Origin: Desulfobulbaceae bacterium
Lineage (GTDB): Bacteria; Desulfobacterota; Desulfobulbia; Desulfobulbales; Desulfobulbaceae
Direction: 5' to 3'
NCBI GenBank assembly: GCA_033549385.1
Contig: JAWSUG010000002.1
Coordinates: forward strand, 21,849 to 45,848
Length of the DNA stretch: 24,000 nt
How positions within the stretch are numbered: the stretch's first letter is position 1; each line of letters opens with the position of its first letter. The position numbers were made by a program, and so were the translations under genes. Positions 1-7,758 of the stretch are shown here, in pieces. The notes beneath the pieces are model-generated. The model saw nothing but the letters and a program-made list of their open reading frames with translations, had not been told where the DNA came from and did no database searches.

Positions 1-829
1 TTTTCAGCAGCAGGTCGAACAGGCTGCGGGGGGGACAGAATCGGTTTTTTTTGCCGGCCATTGTGGCGTACGGTTTATTGTTACCATGATAGTCACTCCC
101 TCCGGTTATGACAAGTTTATGCCTGGCCGCTATGTCCTTGAGTCCTTTCCGCACCTTGGGTGAATAACCGGGATAGAAGACCTCAACACCATCGAGACCC
201 AGTCGGACAAGTTCCCGGATAAAAAGTGACATGGAATAGGGGCGGGGTGTTATCTGCCCGGGGTGGGCGAGTACGGCAAGTCCTCCTGCCCGATGAATCA
301 TGGCTATACTTTCCTCCGCGGTGTAGATGAATCTGCCCGCCCACGCCGGAGCTTCTTTGCGCAGGTAAAGCCGAAATGCATCATCCATTGAGGTGACAAT
401 TCCTTTCAGGGTAAGCAGCCTGGCAATATGCGGCCTGCCGGTCTGACCGAAACCGGAGAGCACATCGAGTTCTTCGATTTGAATATCCAGGCCGATTCCC
501 TGCAGCCTGGCGATTATCTCTCGGTTCCTTTTTTCTCTTCCATGCTGCAGGCGTTCAAGGGAAACCTGGAGTTCACTGTCACGATGATCGATGCCATAGC
601 CCAGCATGTGGAGAGAATACCCCCTGAAAGAGGAACTGATTTCAATGCCGGGTATTGCTGTTATGCCGGTTTCTGCTGCTGCCTGGAGGAATTCTTCAAT
701 CCCTTCCACGGTATCATGATCTGTAAGTGCAATACCGCAGATATCGGCTTCGACGGCCATTTCCACCAGGGCGGTGGGAGAAAGTGTGCCGTCTGAATAA
801 TGTGAATGCAGATGCAGGTCAATACACAT
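1..829 (-). CDS. PHP-domain phosphoesterase (TrpH/YciV-like), C-terminus runs off the left edge of the window
   Basis: Absent from the ORF track because it has no in-window stop. The reverse complement from ATG 829-827 reads MCIDLHLHSHYSDGTLSPTALVEMAVEADICGIALTDHDTVEGIEEF...LAHPGQ...GGSDYHGNNKPY...LFDLLLK, with no stop down to nt 2. The HxH, DHD and GGSDYHG motifs are the PHP metal-binding signatures. Confidence 0.85.
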   Translation of the reverse strand, partial: MCIDLHLHSHYSDGTLSPTALVEMAVEADICGIALTDHDTVEGIEEFLQAAAETGITAIPGIEISSSFRGYSLHMLGYGIDHRDSELQVSLERLQHGREKRNREIIARLQGIGLDIQIEELDVLSGFGQTGRPHIARLLTLKGIVTSMDDAFRLYLRKEAPAWAGRFIYTAEESIAMIHRAGGLAVLAHPGQITPRPYSMSLFIRELVRLGLDGVEVFYPGYSPKVRKGLKDIAARHKLVITGGSDYHGNNKPYATMAGKKNRFCPPRSLFDLLLK

Positions 830-874
830 ACAATATCTCTGAATATTAAAATACTTAATCTAACCTCAGGCAAA

Positions 875-896
875 GGAATGTGCAATGCACAATTCC
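875..896. promoter_or_regulatory. Near-palindrome GGAATGTGCA-A-TGCACAATTCC in the divergent PHP/cbbQ promoter region (candidate operator)
   Basis: The core TGTGCA(A)TGCACA is a perfect 6+6 inverted repeat around one centre base. The flanks GGAA/TTCC pair with a 1-nt offset. It lies 46 nt from the PHP start and 78 nt from the cbbQ start. Confidence 0.3.
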
Positions 897-973
897 GCAA
901 CCCTTTTAAGAACTGTTCTTGTTAAAGAGCGAAGATGTATTAACTTTTCAAGTAACAAAAAACGGGGAAAAAC

Positions 974-1783
974 ATGAATAGAAATTTACGACTTGATGAA
1001 CATTGTATCCTCAAAGAACCCTATTATCTGCAGACAGGCGAGGAGTTGACTTTGGCGGAAGCGGCGTACCACACCAGGCTGCCGCTGCTGCTTAAGGGCC
1101 CGACAGGCTGCGGCAAGACGAGATTTATGCAGTACCTTGCCTGGAAACTGAAGCGGCCGCTTATCACTGTTTCCTGTCATGATGATCTGTCAACCTCCGA
1201 CCTGGTCGGGCGCTACCTGATCAGGGCAGGTGAGGCGGTATGGATGGACGGACCCCTGACAATGGCGGTCAGGGCGGGAGCCATCTGTTACCTGGATGAA
1301 ATCGTCGAGGCCCGGAAGGATACAACCGTGGTTATTCACCCCCTGGCGGATGACCGCCGGGAACTGCCTATTGAAAAGAAAGGGGAACTCGTTGTTGCGC
1401 CGCCGGAATTCATGCTGGCTGTTTCCTATAACCCCGGGTACCAGAGTATCCTCAAGGATCTTAAACCATCGACCAGGCAACGTTTTGTAGCCCTCTCCTT
1501 TGATTATCCCGATGCGGAAAATGAAGCAATAATAGTTGCCCGGGAAGGGGAAGTTGCCATTGATCTTGCCCGTTCCCTGGTCAAGCTGGGAGCAATGACC
1601 AGGGAACTCAAGGATTCGGGCCTGCCTGAAGGGGCCAGCACCAGGATTCTTATTCAGGCCGGCAGGCTCACCGGCTGCGGCATCGATATCCAGACCGCCT
1701 GCCATAACGCCATTGCACTGGCATTGACCGATGACAGGGAATTGCTGGAATCAATTGACGAGATGATCAGTTCCATCTTTTGA
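974..1783 (+). CDS. cbbQ: MoxR-class AAA+ ATPase of the CbbQ/NorQ/NirQ type
   Basis: 269 aa. Walker A GPTGCGKT (nt 1097-1120), Walker B ICYLDEIVEA, then SYNPGYQ...L.PSTRQRF, typical of CbbQ/NorQ. SD-like ACGGGGA lies upstream of the ATG. A vWA partner starts 7 nt downstream. Confidence 0.85.
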   Translation: MNRNLRLDEHCILKEPYYLQTGEELTLAEAAYHTRLPLLLKGPTGCGKTRFMQYLAWKLKRPLITVSCHDDLSTSDLVGRYLIRAGEAVWMDGPLTMAVRAGAICYLDEIVEARKDTTVVIHPLADDRRELPIEKKGELVVAPPEFMLAVSYNPGYQSILKDLKPSTRQRFVALSFDYPDAENEAIIVAREGEVAIDLARSLVKLGAMTRELKDSGLPEGASTRILIQAGRLTGCGIDIQTACHNAIALALTDDRELLESIDEMISSIF

Positions 1784-1790
1784 AAACGAT

Positions 1791-4088
1791 ATGAATCTGC
1801 AAACACTGAAAACGGAGTTTCTGTCTCTTGTGGCACCTGATATGCCCAATGAGTGGGATGTTGAAGAGGCGGTCGAAAAACTTGTCCGCCTGGATGAAAC
1901 CAGGCGCCGATCAGTCCTGGGCCAGGTGCAGGTCATCTGGCCCGTGAGTCACTCACTGTGTTTCGATTATCTCAAGATGGCTGCTTCGGCACTTGACTGC
2001 ATTGAACTCAACTCTCTGTCCGAATGGGTCAACAGGACTCTGGACCAGTACGAACAGAATGGTCTGCGGGCGGCCCAGCGATTCATGGCCGACGTGGAAG
2101 AAAATTTCCTCTGCACCCTGCGGGGTGAAACCGGCCTTCGGTTCGGGAAGGCGGAGAGGAGACTGGCTGTCTATCTCAGGGGACTCAGCGGCCGCCCTCT
2201 TGACCTTGTCGCATCCGAAAAGGCCTATACGGACACTGCAACGATATTCGTTCCTGAGGAGATCACCTGGTCCCGCAATGCGGCGGATAATTTTTTCCTG
2301 TATAAACTTATTACCACGTATCAGTGGGCGTTCATTGCCGGATCAACCTTTACCGTGTTCCCCGGGGGTGTGGAAGATTCAGGCGGGGAAGAGGGCGAAC
2401 GGCTGTGGCTGCAGGATTTTTTGCACTCCTTTGCCAATCCGGGCATGGCCGGCGACCTCTATCATTTTCTGGAAACCGTCCGCATCACTGTCTTTCTTGA
2501 AAAAGAATTGCCGGGGCTGATGCGGAGAAAAAAAGAGATACTTCCCCAGGCATTGCTTCCGCAGAGGGAACCAAAGGAAAAAAAAGGTCTTCTCGACCGT
2601 CTGCAGCGCTTATGGCTGGCAGGGTTTCAATCGGATGAGGAACATCCGGACCTTGAGCCATTCGCCGGGCTGATAAACAATCATGAACAGAATGCCGGCA
2701 GCGCCATGGATTCCGTTGCCGCCACCCGGCAATTATATTCACTGTTCAGGGGGGAAGAAAAAACCCACCACCATTCGGCACCTTTTCTGTTTCAGGGAGT
2801 GATGCAGCTCGAGGCAGTCCGCCAGGCCCGCAGGCAGAGAATAGAGGAAGCCAGGCAGTATTTCATCGACGCCCTGGCAACAAGGATTCTCCAGCCGCGC
2901 GGCAGAAAGCAGCAGGAAGGGACGGAAAGTACGGATGGATCCGACAACAGCGATGCAGCGGGTACCGAGGAGCAGGGGATTGCGTTCGTCGTCAATGCAA
3001 AAGGTGAAGAGAACAAGGGGCGGGCGGAAAACACTCTGCTGCTGACGATCAATAATGAAGAGGTTGAACCGGGCAGCGAACTCGAGCAGGCGGCAGCCGA
3101 TGTCGTGCAGGAACTTGGCTATCTCCCCGAGAAGTATGTTTCCAGTGCAGCGGGAAAAGCCGGCAGCGGATATGCTTCCTTCAGCACCCTGGAACCGGAG
3201 ACCGGTCAGGAAATAATTGCGCCGGTGACATATGACGAATGGGACTACAGGCGCGGCGATTTCAGGAAAAACTGGTGCAGCCTGCGGGAAAAGGAAATTC
3301 CCCTCAGCCGCTCGAATTTTCTCGAGGAAACCCTGGATAAATACCACGGCCGGATTATCCGCCTCCGCTACCAGTTCGAGATGATGCGCAACCAAGAACG
3401 TTTTGTCCGCCGCCAGCGTGACGGCGAGGATATCGACCTGGATGCGGTGATCGAGTCCATGGCCGACAGCCGTGCCGGTCTGCCCCCTTCGGATCGGTTA
3501 TTCATCCGCCTCAGGAGGGATGAGCGGGATATTGCCGTCCTGTTTCTGGTCGATATGTCCAATTCAACACAGGGATGGGTGGGCAAGGTTATCAAGGAAT
3601 CACTGGTCCTCCTGTGCGAGGCGCTGGAGGTGGTCGGCGACCGGTATGCCATTTACGGATTTTCCGGTATGCGGCGGCTGCGCAGTGAATTTTTTCATAT
3701 CAAACACATGGATGAAATGTATGACGATTCGGTCAAGGAGCGGATCGGCAGCATCGCACCCCGTGAATACACCCGCATGGGGCCTGCCATCCGCCATGCC
3801 GCGTCCCTTCTTAAGGATATTGATTCCCGGATCAAGCTGCTGATCACCCTCTCGGACGGCAAACCGGAGGATTACGATGATTACAAGGGGGAATACGCCA
3901 TAGAAGATACCCGCCATGCTCTTGTCGAGGCAAAACTGGCGGATATCCATCCTTTCTGCATTACCATTGACCGGCAGGCGCGTGATTACATCGAGCATAT
4001 GTATGGTAACGTGAATTATATCCAGATCGATGATGCCGGCAAACTTCCCTTGAAAATGCCGGAGATATACCGGATATTGACCCGTTGA
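1791..4088 (+). CDS. cbbO: CbbO/NorD-type von Willebrand factor A (vWA) domain protein, partner of the preceding AAA+ ATPase
   Basis: 765 aa. The C-terminal vWA domain has the MIDAS motif DMSNS (nt 3552-3566, VLFLVDMSNSTQGW) and a downstream TLSDGKPEDYD. A long helical N-terminal region and an acidic low-complexity linker (GRKQQEGTESTDGSDNSDAAGTEEQG) precede it. Only 7 nt separate it from the cbbQ stop. Confidence 0.8.
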   Translation: MNLQTLKTEFLSLVAPDMPNEWDVEEAVEKLVRLDETRRRSVLGQVQVIWPVSHSLCFDYLKMAASALDCIELNSLSEWVNRTLDQYEQNGLRAAQRFMADVEENFLCTLRGETGLRFGKAERRLAVYLRGLSGRPLDLVASEKAYTDTATIFVPEEITWSRNAADNFFLYKLITTYQWAFIAGSTFTVFPGGVEDSGGEEGERLWLQDFLHSFANPGMAGDLYHFLETVRITVFLEKELPGLMRRKKEILPQALLPQREPKEKKGLLDRLQRLWLAGFQSDEEHPDLEPFAGLINNHEQNAGSAMDSVAATRQLYSLFRGEEKTHHHSAPFLFQGVMQLEAVRQARRQRIEEARQYFIDALATRILQPRGRKQQEGTESTDGSDNSDAAGTEEQGIAFVVNAKGEENKGRAENTLLLTINNEEVEPGSELEQAAADVVQELGYLPEKYVSSAAGKAGSGYASFSTLEPETGQEIIAPVTYDEWDYRRGDFRKNWCSLREKEIPLSRSNFLEETLDKYHGRIIRLRYQFEMMRNQERFVRRQRDGEDIDLDAVIESMADSRAGLPPSDRLFIRLRRDERDIAVLFLVDMSNSTQGWVGKVIKESLVLLCEALEVVGDRYAIYGFSGMRRLRSEFFHIKHMDEMYDDSVKERIGSIAPREYTRMGPAIRHAASLLKDIDSRIKLLITLSDGKPEDYDDYKGEYAIEDTRHALVEAKLADIHPFCITIDRQARDYIEHMYGNVNYIQIDDAGKLPLKMPEIYRILTR

Positions 4089-4158
4089 AAAGCAGCGGAA
4101 AAAAGCAGGGGAAATATAATTTCAGCAGATAAACATATATCGGGTGTAGGAGCAGAAT

Positions 4159-4599
4159 ATGAATCAGAGAACCATTTCTTGCCCGGCCTGTGGGGCGAAA
4201 AACAGAATCCCGGCGGAAAAGAGCCACCTACAGCCGAAATGCGGTCGCTGCGGCCGGAAACTCGACCTGAGCAGCGGCGAAATCGTTGTCGACCTGGACG
4301 ATACCGGATTTGAGAGGTTTGTCAGCCGCTCATCCATTCCGGTTATGGTCGATTTCTTCTCCCCAACCTGCGGTCCCTGCCAGACCCTGACCCCGGTTAT
4401 TAAAGTTCTGGCACAGCAGTATGCCGGCAAAGTAAACATTGCCAAACTTGACACCAGCCGATATCAGATGACTGCCGGTAAATACGGAATCAGGGGTGTG
4501 CCGACCCTGATCTTTTTCAAGAACGGCAAGGTAGCGGATCAGGTTGTCGGTGCTGTCCCGCACAGTGAAATTGAGCGGCGATTGAATAGTCTGCTGTAA
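4159..4599 (+). CDS. trxC: Thioredoxin 2-type thioredoxin with N-terminal zinc-finger extension
   Basis: 146 aa. The N-terminal CPACG...CGRCG double CxxC zinc finger is followed by a thioredoxin fold with active site TCGPC (nt 4366-4380) and the GVPTLIFFKNG motif. A strong AGGAG SD lies 7 nt upstream. Confidence 0.85.
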   Translation: MNQRTISCPACGAKNRIPAEKSHLQPKCGRCGRKLDLSSGEIVVDLDDTGFERFVSRSSIPVMVDFFSPTCGPCQTLTPVIKVLAQQYAGKVNIAKLDTSRYQMTAGKYGIRGVPTLIFFKNGKVADQVVGAVPHSEIERRLNSLL

Positions 4600-4694
4600 G
4601 ACAAAGCCGAAGTCAGTCCGCTAGAAGAAAATTCAGATTTTCTCCCATATTAAGCCACCTGCTGTAACTGCTGTAGCGCGCAGGTAAATAAAAA

Positions 4695-4748
4695 TTCCTG
4701 CTGATATGTGCTCCAGCTGCCTGGCTGCGAGAAGCAGGAAAATTTTTT
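4695..4748 (+). terminator. Rho-independent terminator-like hairpin downstream of trxC
   Basis: Stem TTCCTGCT (4695-4702) pairs with AGCAGGAA (4733-4740) and has inner CAGC/GCTG pairing, followed by AATTTTTT (T-run 4743-4748). The A-run before the stem makes it look bidirectional. Confidence 0.45.
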
Positions 4749-4912
4749 GAGCTGATATTGCCAAAGCTGCCTTAGTTTGTACTTCCTCTGTAATTGTTGG
4801 TTTTTTTTGGCGGAGAATGGTAAAAGTTTCATAATATGCCGTTGAAGTATTCAATCGTTTTCAGCGGGGTGCTCCCAAAATTCGGAACCAAATACCACTA
4901 CGACAAGAAGCT

Positions 4913-5725
4913 ATGAAAAAAAGCGAGTACCTGATGGAGAATGATGACGAGTCATTCCGTCTCGAGATAAAAATTGACGAAAAAAGTATCAAAAGACAGG
5001 CTGAGTGGGCCGGTATCAAACCTGGGATGAGGGTTGCCGATTTGGGGTGCGGTTCGGGAAAGACAACTTCAATCCTGCACGAACTGGTGCAGCCGGATGG
5101 CAGTGTTGTCGGTGTCGACGGGTCAAGTGAGCGCCTCGCTTATGCCCGTAAAAAATACGGTGGAAACGGCATAGAATATATTGCAGGCAACCTGAACGAG
5201 CCCCTTGATCATCATGGAAGCTTTGATTTTATATGGTGCCGGTTTGTACTTGAATATGCCCGGGCCGGAAGTTTCAATATGGTCCGGAATTTTACCGCAA
5301 GTTTAAAACCGGGTGGTATTCTCTGTTTGGTAGATCTCGACCATAATCCCCTTAATCATTACGGCGCTTCCGAGCATCTTGAAAGAACGTTTTCGAAAAT
5401 TATGCAGGAACTGGAAGAAAAATTTGATTTTGATCCGTATATCGGCAGAAAGCTGTACTCTTTTCTCTACGACCTGGGGTACCAGGATATTGATGTCTGC
5501 GTTGAAAACAACAGGGTCACTTTCGGCAGGATTGATCCGGTGGAAGTATATAATATTATGAAAAAAATTGAAATCGTCCCTAAAAAGATCAATTTTCGTT
5601 TCGAGGAATTTCCAGGCGGATATGAAGAATTTTATCGCGAGGCTGTGGATTTTTTTTTACATCCACGGAGGTTTTCCTATACGCCGCTTATCCTGTGCAG
5701 AGGGAAGAAGCCCCTGGAAGGTTAG
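4913..5725 (+). CDS. Class I SAM-dependent methyltransferase
   Basis: 270 aa. Motif I VADLGCGSGKTT, post-I acidic VGVDGS, and later LKPGGILCLVD. No substrate-specific features recognised. Confidence 0.8.
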   Translation: MKKSEYLMENDDESFRLEIKIDEKSIKRQAEWAGIKPGMRVADLGCGSGKTTSILHELVQPDGSVVGVDGSSERLAYARKKYGGNGIEYIAGNLNEPLDHHGSFDFIWCRFVLEYARAGSFNMVRNFTASLKPGGILCLVDLDHNPLNHYGASEHLERTFSKIMQELEEKFDFDPYIGRKLYSFLYDLGYQDIDVCVENNRVTFGRIDPVEVYNIMKKIEIVPKKINFRFEEFPGGYEEFYREAVDFFLHPRRFSYTPLILCRGKKPLEG

Positions 5726-6430
5726 TCGTGGCTGTCCAATAACCCGCTGAAAGCTCTGAAAATATCATCCGGCCGCAGCTGCTCCTGCAGGGATTTGTTC
5801 GCCAGATAGTGCCGTTTCCTGAAAAATTCTTTTCTCTTCATTGGAGACATTTGTGGTAGACAGTCAAGACTGTCTTCCCGGTAAATAGGACCGGAATTTT
5901 CCAGTTCAAACAAATCCCTGCCAACCAGTTTTTTCTCCTCTTTAAAATTCATTGTCCGGTGGGACCATTGATTCAGATATCCCTTCAATCCGAATTTCCG
6001 GCGCATTTCATGTTCATAGATCGTGACAGCGGGGTAAGGAAATATGCCTGTGAACGGATATCGGCAACAAGATCACGCAGTGCCTGTTTGAAAAAAATAA
6101 TAGTAGAAATGACGACCGCTTTTGGATTTTTGCCGAGCAGGTTGGAAAAATAATCTTTTTCGTTGCGGTAATTATGGATCAGTTCAACCCTAAAATTTTT
6201 CCGGGAGAGTAAACTGTAGAGATATATGTCGTTGAGTTTGGGAGCGGAGGAGTAGCTGAATTGCTCGTCGCCCGATATCGGATCAACAATCCGGCCATTA
6301 TTTTGATAAAATCGGATATGACCTGTATGGCACCAACCCGCTCGTCAACATTGAGTTTAAGCGGGTTGGTGCCGGATAGAGTGTTTAACGCCGGAGTCGG
6401 CAATAATTATGACGTCAAGTTCAGGCCGTC
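5722..6430 (-). pseudogene. Decayed, frameshifted gene remnant, possibly from a B12-binding-domain radical SAM family gene
   Basis: Protein-like minus-strand reading is split over three frames. These read RPELDVIIIADSGV...*; ...LNVDERVGAIQVISDF...*; and DPISGDEQFSYSSAPKLNDIYLYSLLSRKNFRVELIHNYRNEKDYFSNLLGKNPKAVVISTIIFFKQALRDLVADIR...*. The last stretch, YPFTGIFPYPAVTIYEHEMRRKFGL..., continues into the only ATG-started ORF (5722-6006). There is no start codon or SD for the upstream pieces and no CxxxCxxC core. The family guess rests on PYPxT-type and Rossmann-like patterns only. Confidence 0.35.
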
Positions 6431-6438
6431 TGCCCCTG

Positions 6439-7737
6439 CTAGAATGTATAGGCCGCTGATACAGCAAACAGATGACTGGAGATATCCGAAAACTCGCCGT
6501 TTATCGTGTCGTTCACCACAGTGCGGTCATCTTTGTCGGCATAGAGGTATGCTGCGCCAAAGGACCAATTTGACGTACAGGAATACCTGAAACCGACGGA
6601 GCCGAACCAGGCATCCGAATCAGGCAGGTCAAAAGACAGGGTTGCTTCGGGTACCGGATTCCCGTCGATACCGACGCCGGCCATCAATGTAAGTGCCTCA
6701 CTCCAGTAGTATGAGATGCCGAGTCTGAAGGCATCGACATCATCCCAGTCTTTTAGAACCGGGTCATCAAAGGCTGCGATCAGCACCGGATGCCTCAGGT
6801 TCCGGTCATAATTTATATCGATTTCCTCATAATCCGACCAGAATGTCCGGTCATAAACAAACTCCACCGTTGCTTTTGAAAACGTGTATGAAGCGGCCAG
6901 GGCAAGCACCGCAGGAACAGGAATCGAAACTGAACCGCCGCCTCGATAAATTGTTTCCGGCATGAGGTGATTCGGGAAGCTTTCAGATGCCCTCAGGTTT
7001 CCATCTCCTTCCATATCAAGGTCGACTTTGGATCGATAGGTGGCGGCAAGACTGATTTTCTCGTCCGGCCTGAAAGAGAGAGCCAGATTATAGCCGAATT
7101 CCGTGGCGTCACCTTCCAGATCACGGGAGATGAAAAGCAATTCATCGTCCGGCGGCATGCCACCGCCAAGGCCGCCTGCTGGTATTGCCGTCACCATTCC
7201 CAGGCTTTTAACAGTCGCATCACTGTAAAGAAGCCTGACACCCGCGGCGGCTGAAAACTTTGATCCGAATCTGTAGGAAACAGTGGGATTGGCTTCAAAA
7301 ACGGTCATGCTGAATTCTTCGGCAAAGGTCCTGGGAAAGGGATCCTGCCATCGTTTTGCCAGCCCGGCCGGAAAAACCACAGCAAATCCAAATCTGAAGT
7401 TGTTGTAATCCGGAGAGACAACATGAAGATTGGGAACAATGAAATTTTCATCATCTGATTCACCATTGAACAGTGGTGTCCGGTTGTCGATATAGGTTAT
7501 GCTTGGCAGCCGAATATAGGTCAGCCCTCCTTCAATGGCTGTGGCATCGGGCATCCAGGACATGTTTGCCGGATTAAAATAGGCAGCGTCCGCATGCAGA
7601 GCGTTTGCAATGTATGCACTGCCCAAAGCCGTTGAATTAAGCGACTGCTCCGGAATTCGATACCCGGATGCAAAAGCCGAGGAAGCGAGAAACATTACCC
7701 CAATGATAGCAATGGGCACACTTCTTTTATGCATCAT
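6439..7737 (-). CDS. Outer-membrane hydrophobic-compound transport channel, OMPP1/FadL/TodX family
   Basis: 432 aa. Signal peptide MMHKRSVPIAIIGVMFLASSAFA. N-terminal hatch-like SGYRIPEQSLNSTALGSAYIA..DA.A.YFNPA. Alternating beta-strand pattern throughout and a C-terminal aromatic residue (..AAYTF). SD AAGGGGGG lies upstream. Confidence 0.85.
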   Translation of the reverse strand: MMHKRSVPIAIIGVMFLASSAFASGYRIPEQSLNSTALGSAYIANALHADAAYFNPANMSWMPDATAIEGGLTYIRLPSITYIDNRTPLFNGESDDENFIVPNLHVVSPDYNNFRFGFAVVFPAGLAKRWQDPFPRTFAEEFSMTVFEANPTVSYRFGSKFSAAAGVRLLYSDATVKSLGMVTAIPAGGLGGGMPPDDELLFISRDLEGDATEFGYNLALSFRPDEKISLAATYRSKVDLDMEGDGNLRASESFPNHLMPETIYRGGGSVSIPVPAVLALAASYTFSKATVEFVYDRTFWSDYEEIDINYDRNLRHPVLIAAFDDPVLKDWDDVDAFRLGISYYWSEALTLMAGVGIDGNPVPEATLSFDLPDSDAWFGSVGFRYSCTSNWSFGAAYLYADKDDRTVVNDTINGEFSDISSHLFAVSAAYTF

Positions 7738-7758
7738 TTTTCTTTAACCCCCCTTGAG

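Noticed and set aside
428-900. ORFs 428-796 (+) and 661-900 (-).
   Set aside because: Both overlap the PHP phosphoesterase gene, which reads cleanly from ATG 829 to the window edge on the minus strand. Neither has a recognisable motif.
1190-3998. Multiple antisense or alternate-frame ORFs inside cbbQ and cbbO, for example 1190-1705 (-), 1993-2520 (+), 2739-3395 (-) and 3600-3998 (-).
   Set aside because: These are shadow ORFs. The annotated frames carry the Walker A/B and MIDAS motifs, and the alternatives are compositionally skewed with no signals.
974-4088. Interpreting the CbbQ/CbbO pair as evidence for RuBisCO-based autotrophy.
   Set aside because: No RuBisCO, carboxysome or Calvin-cycle genes are in the window, and the same pair type also serves NOR and other clients. 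Function cannot be assigned from the pair alone.
4633-4854. Two small minus-strand ORFs (73 and 60 aa) in the trxC-methyltransferase spacer.
   Set aside because: There is no SD, the translations are not protein-like, and the ORFs overlap the terminator-like hairpin. The region is better explained as a terminator plus a promoter.
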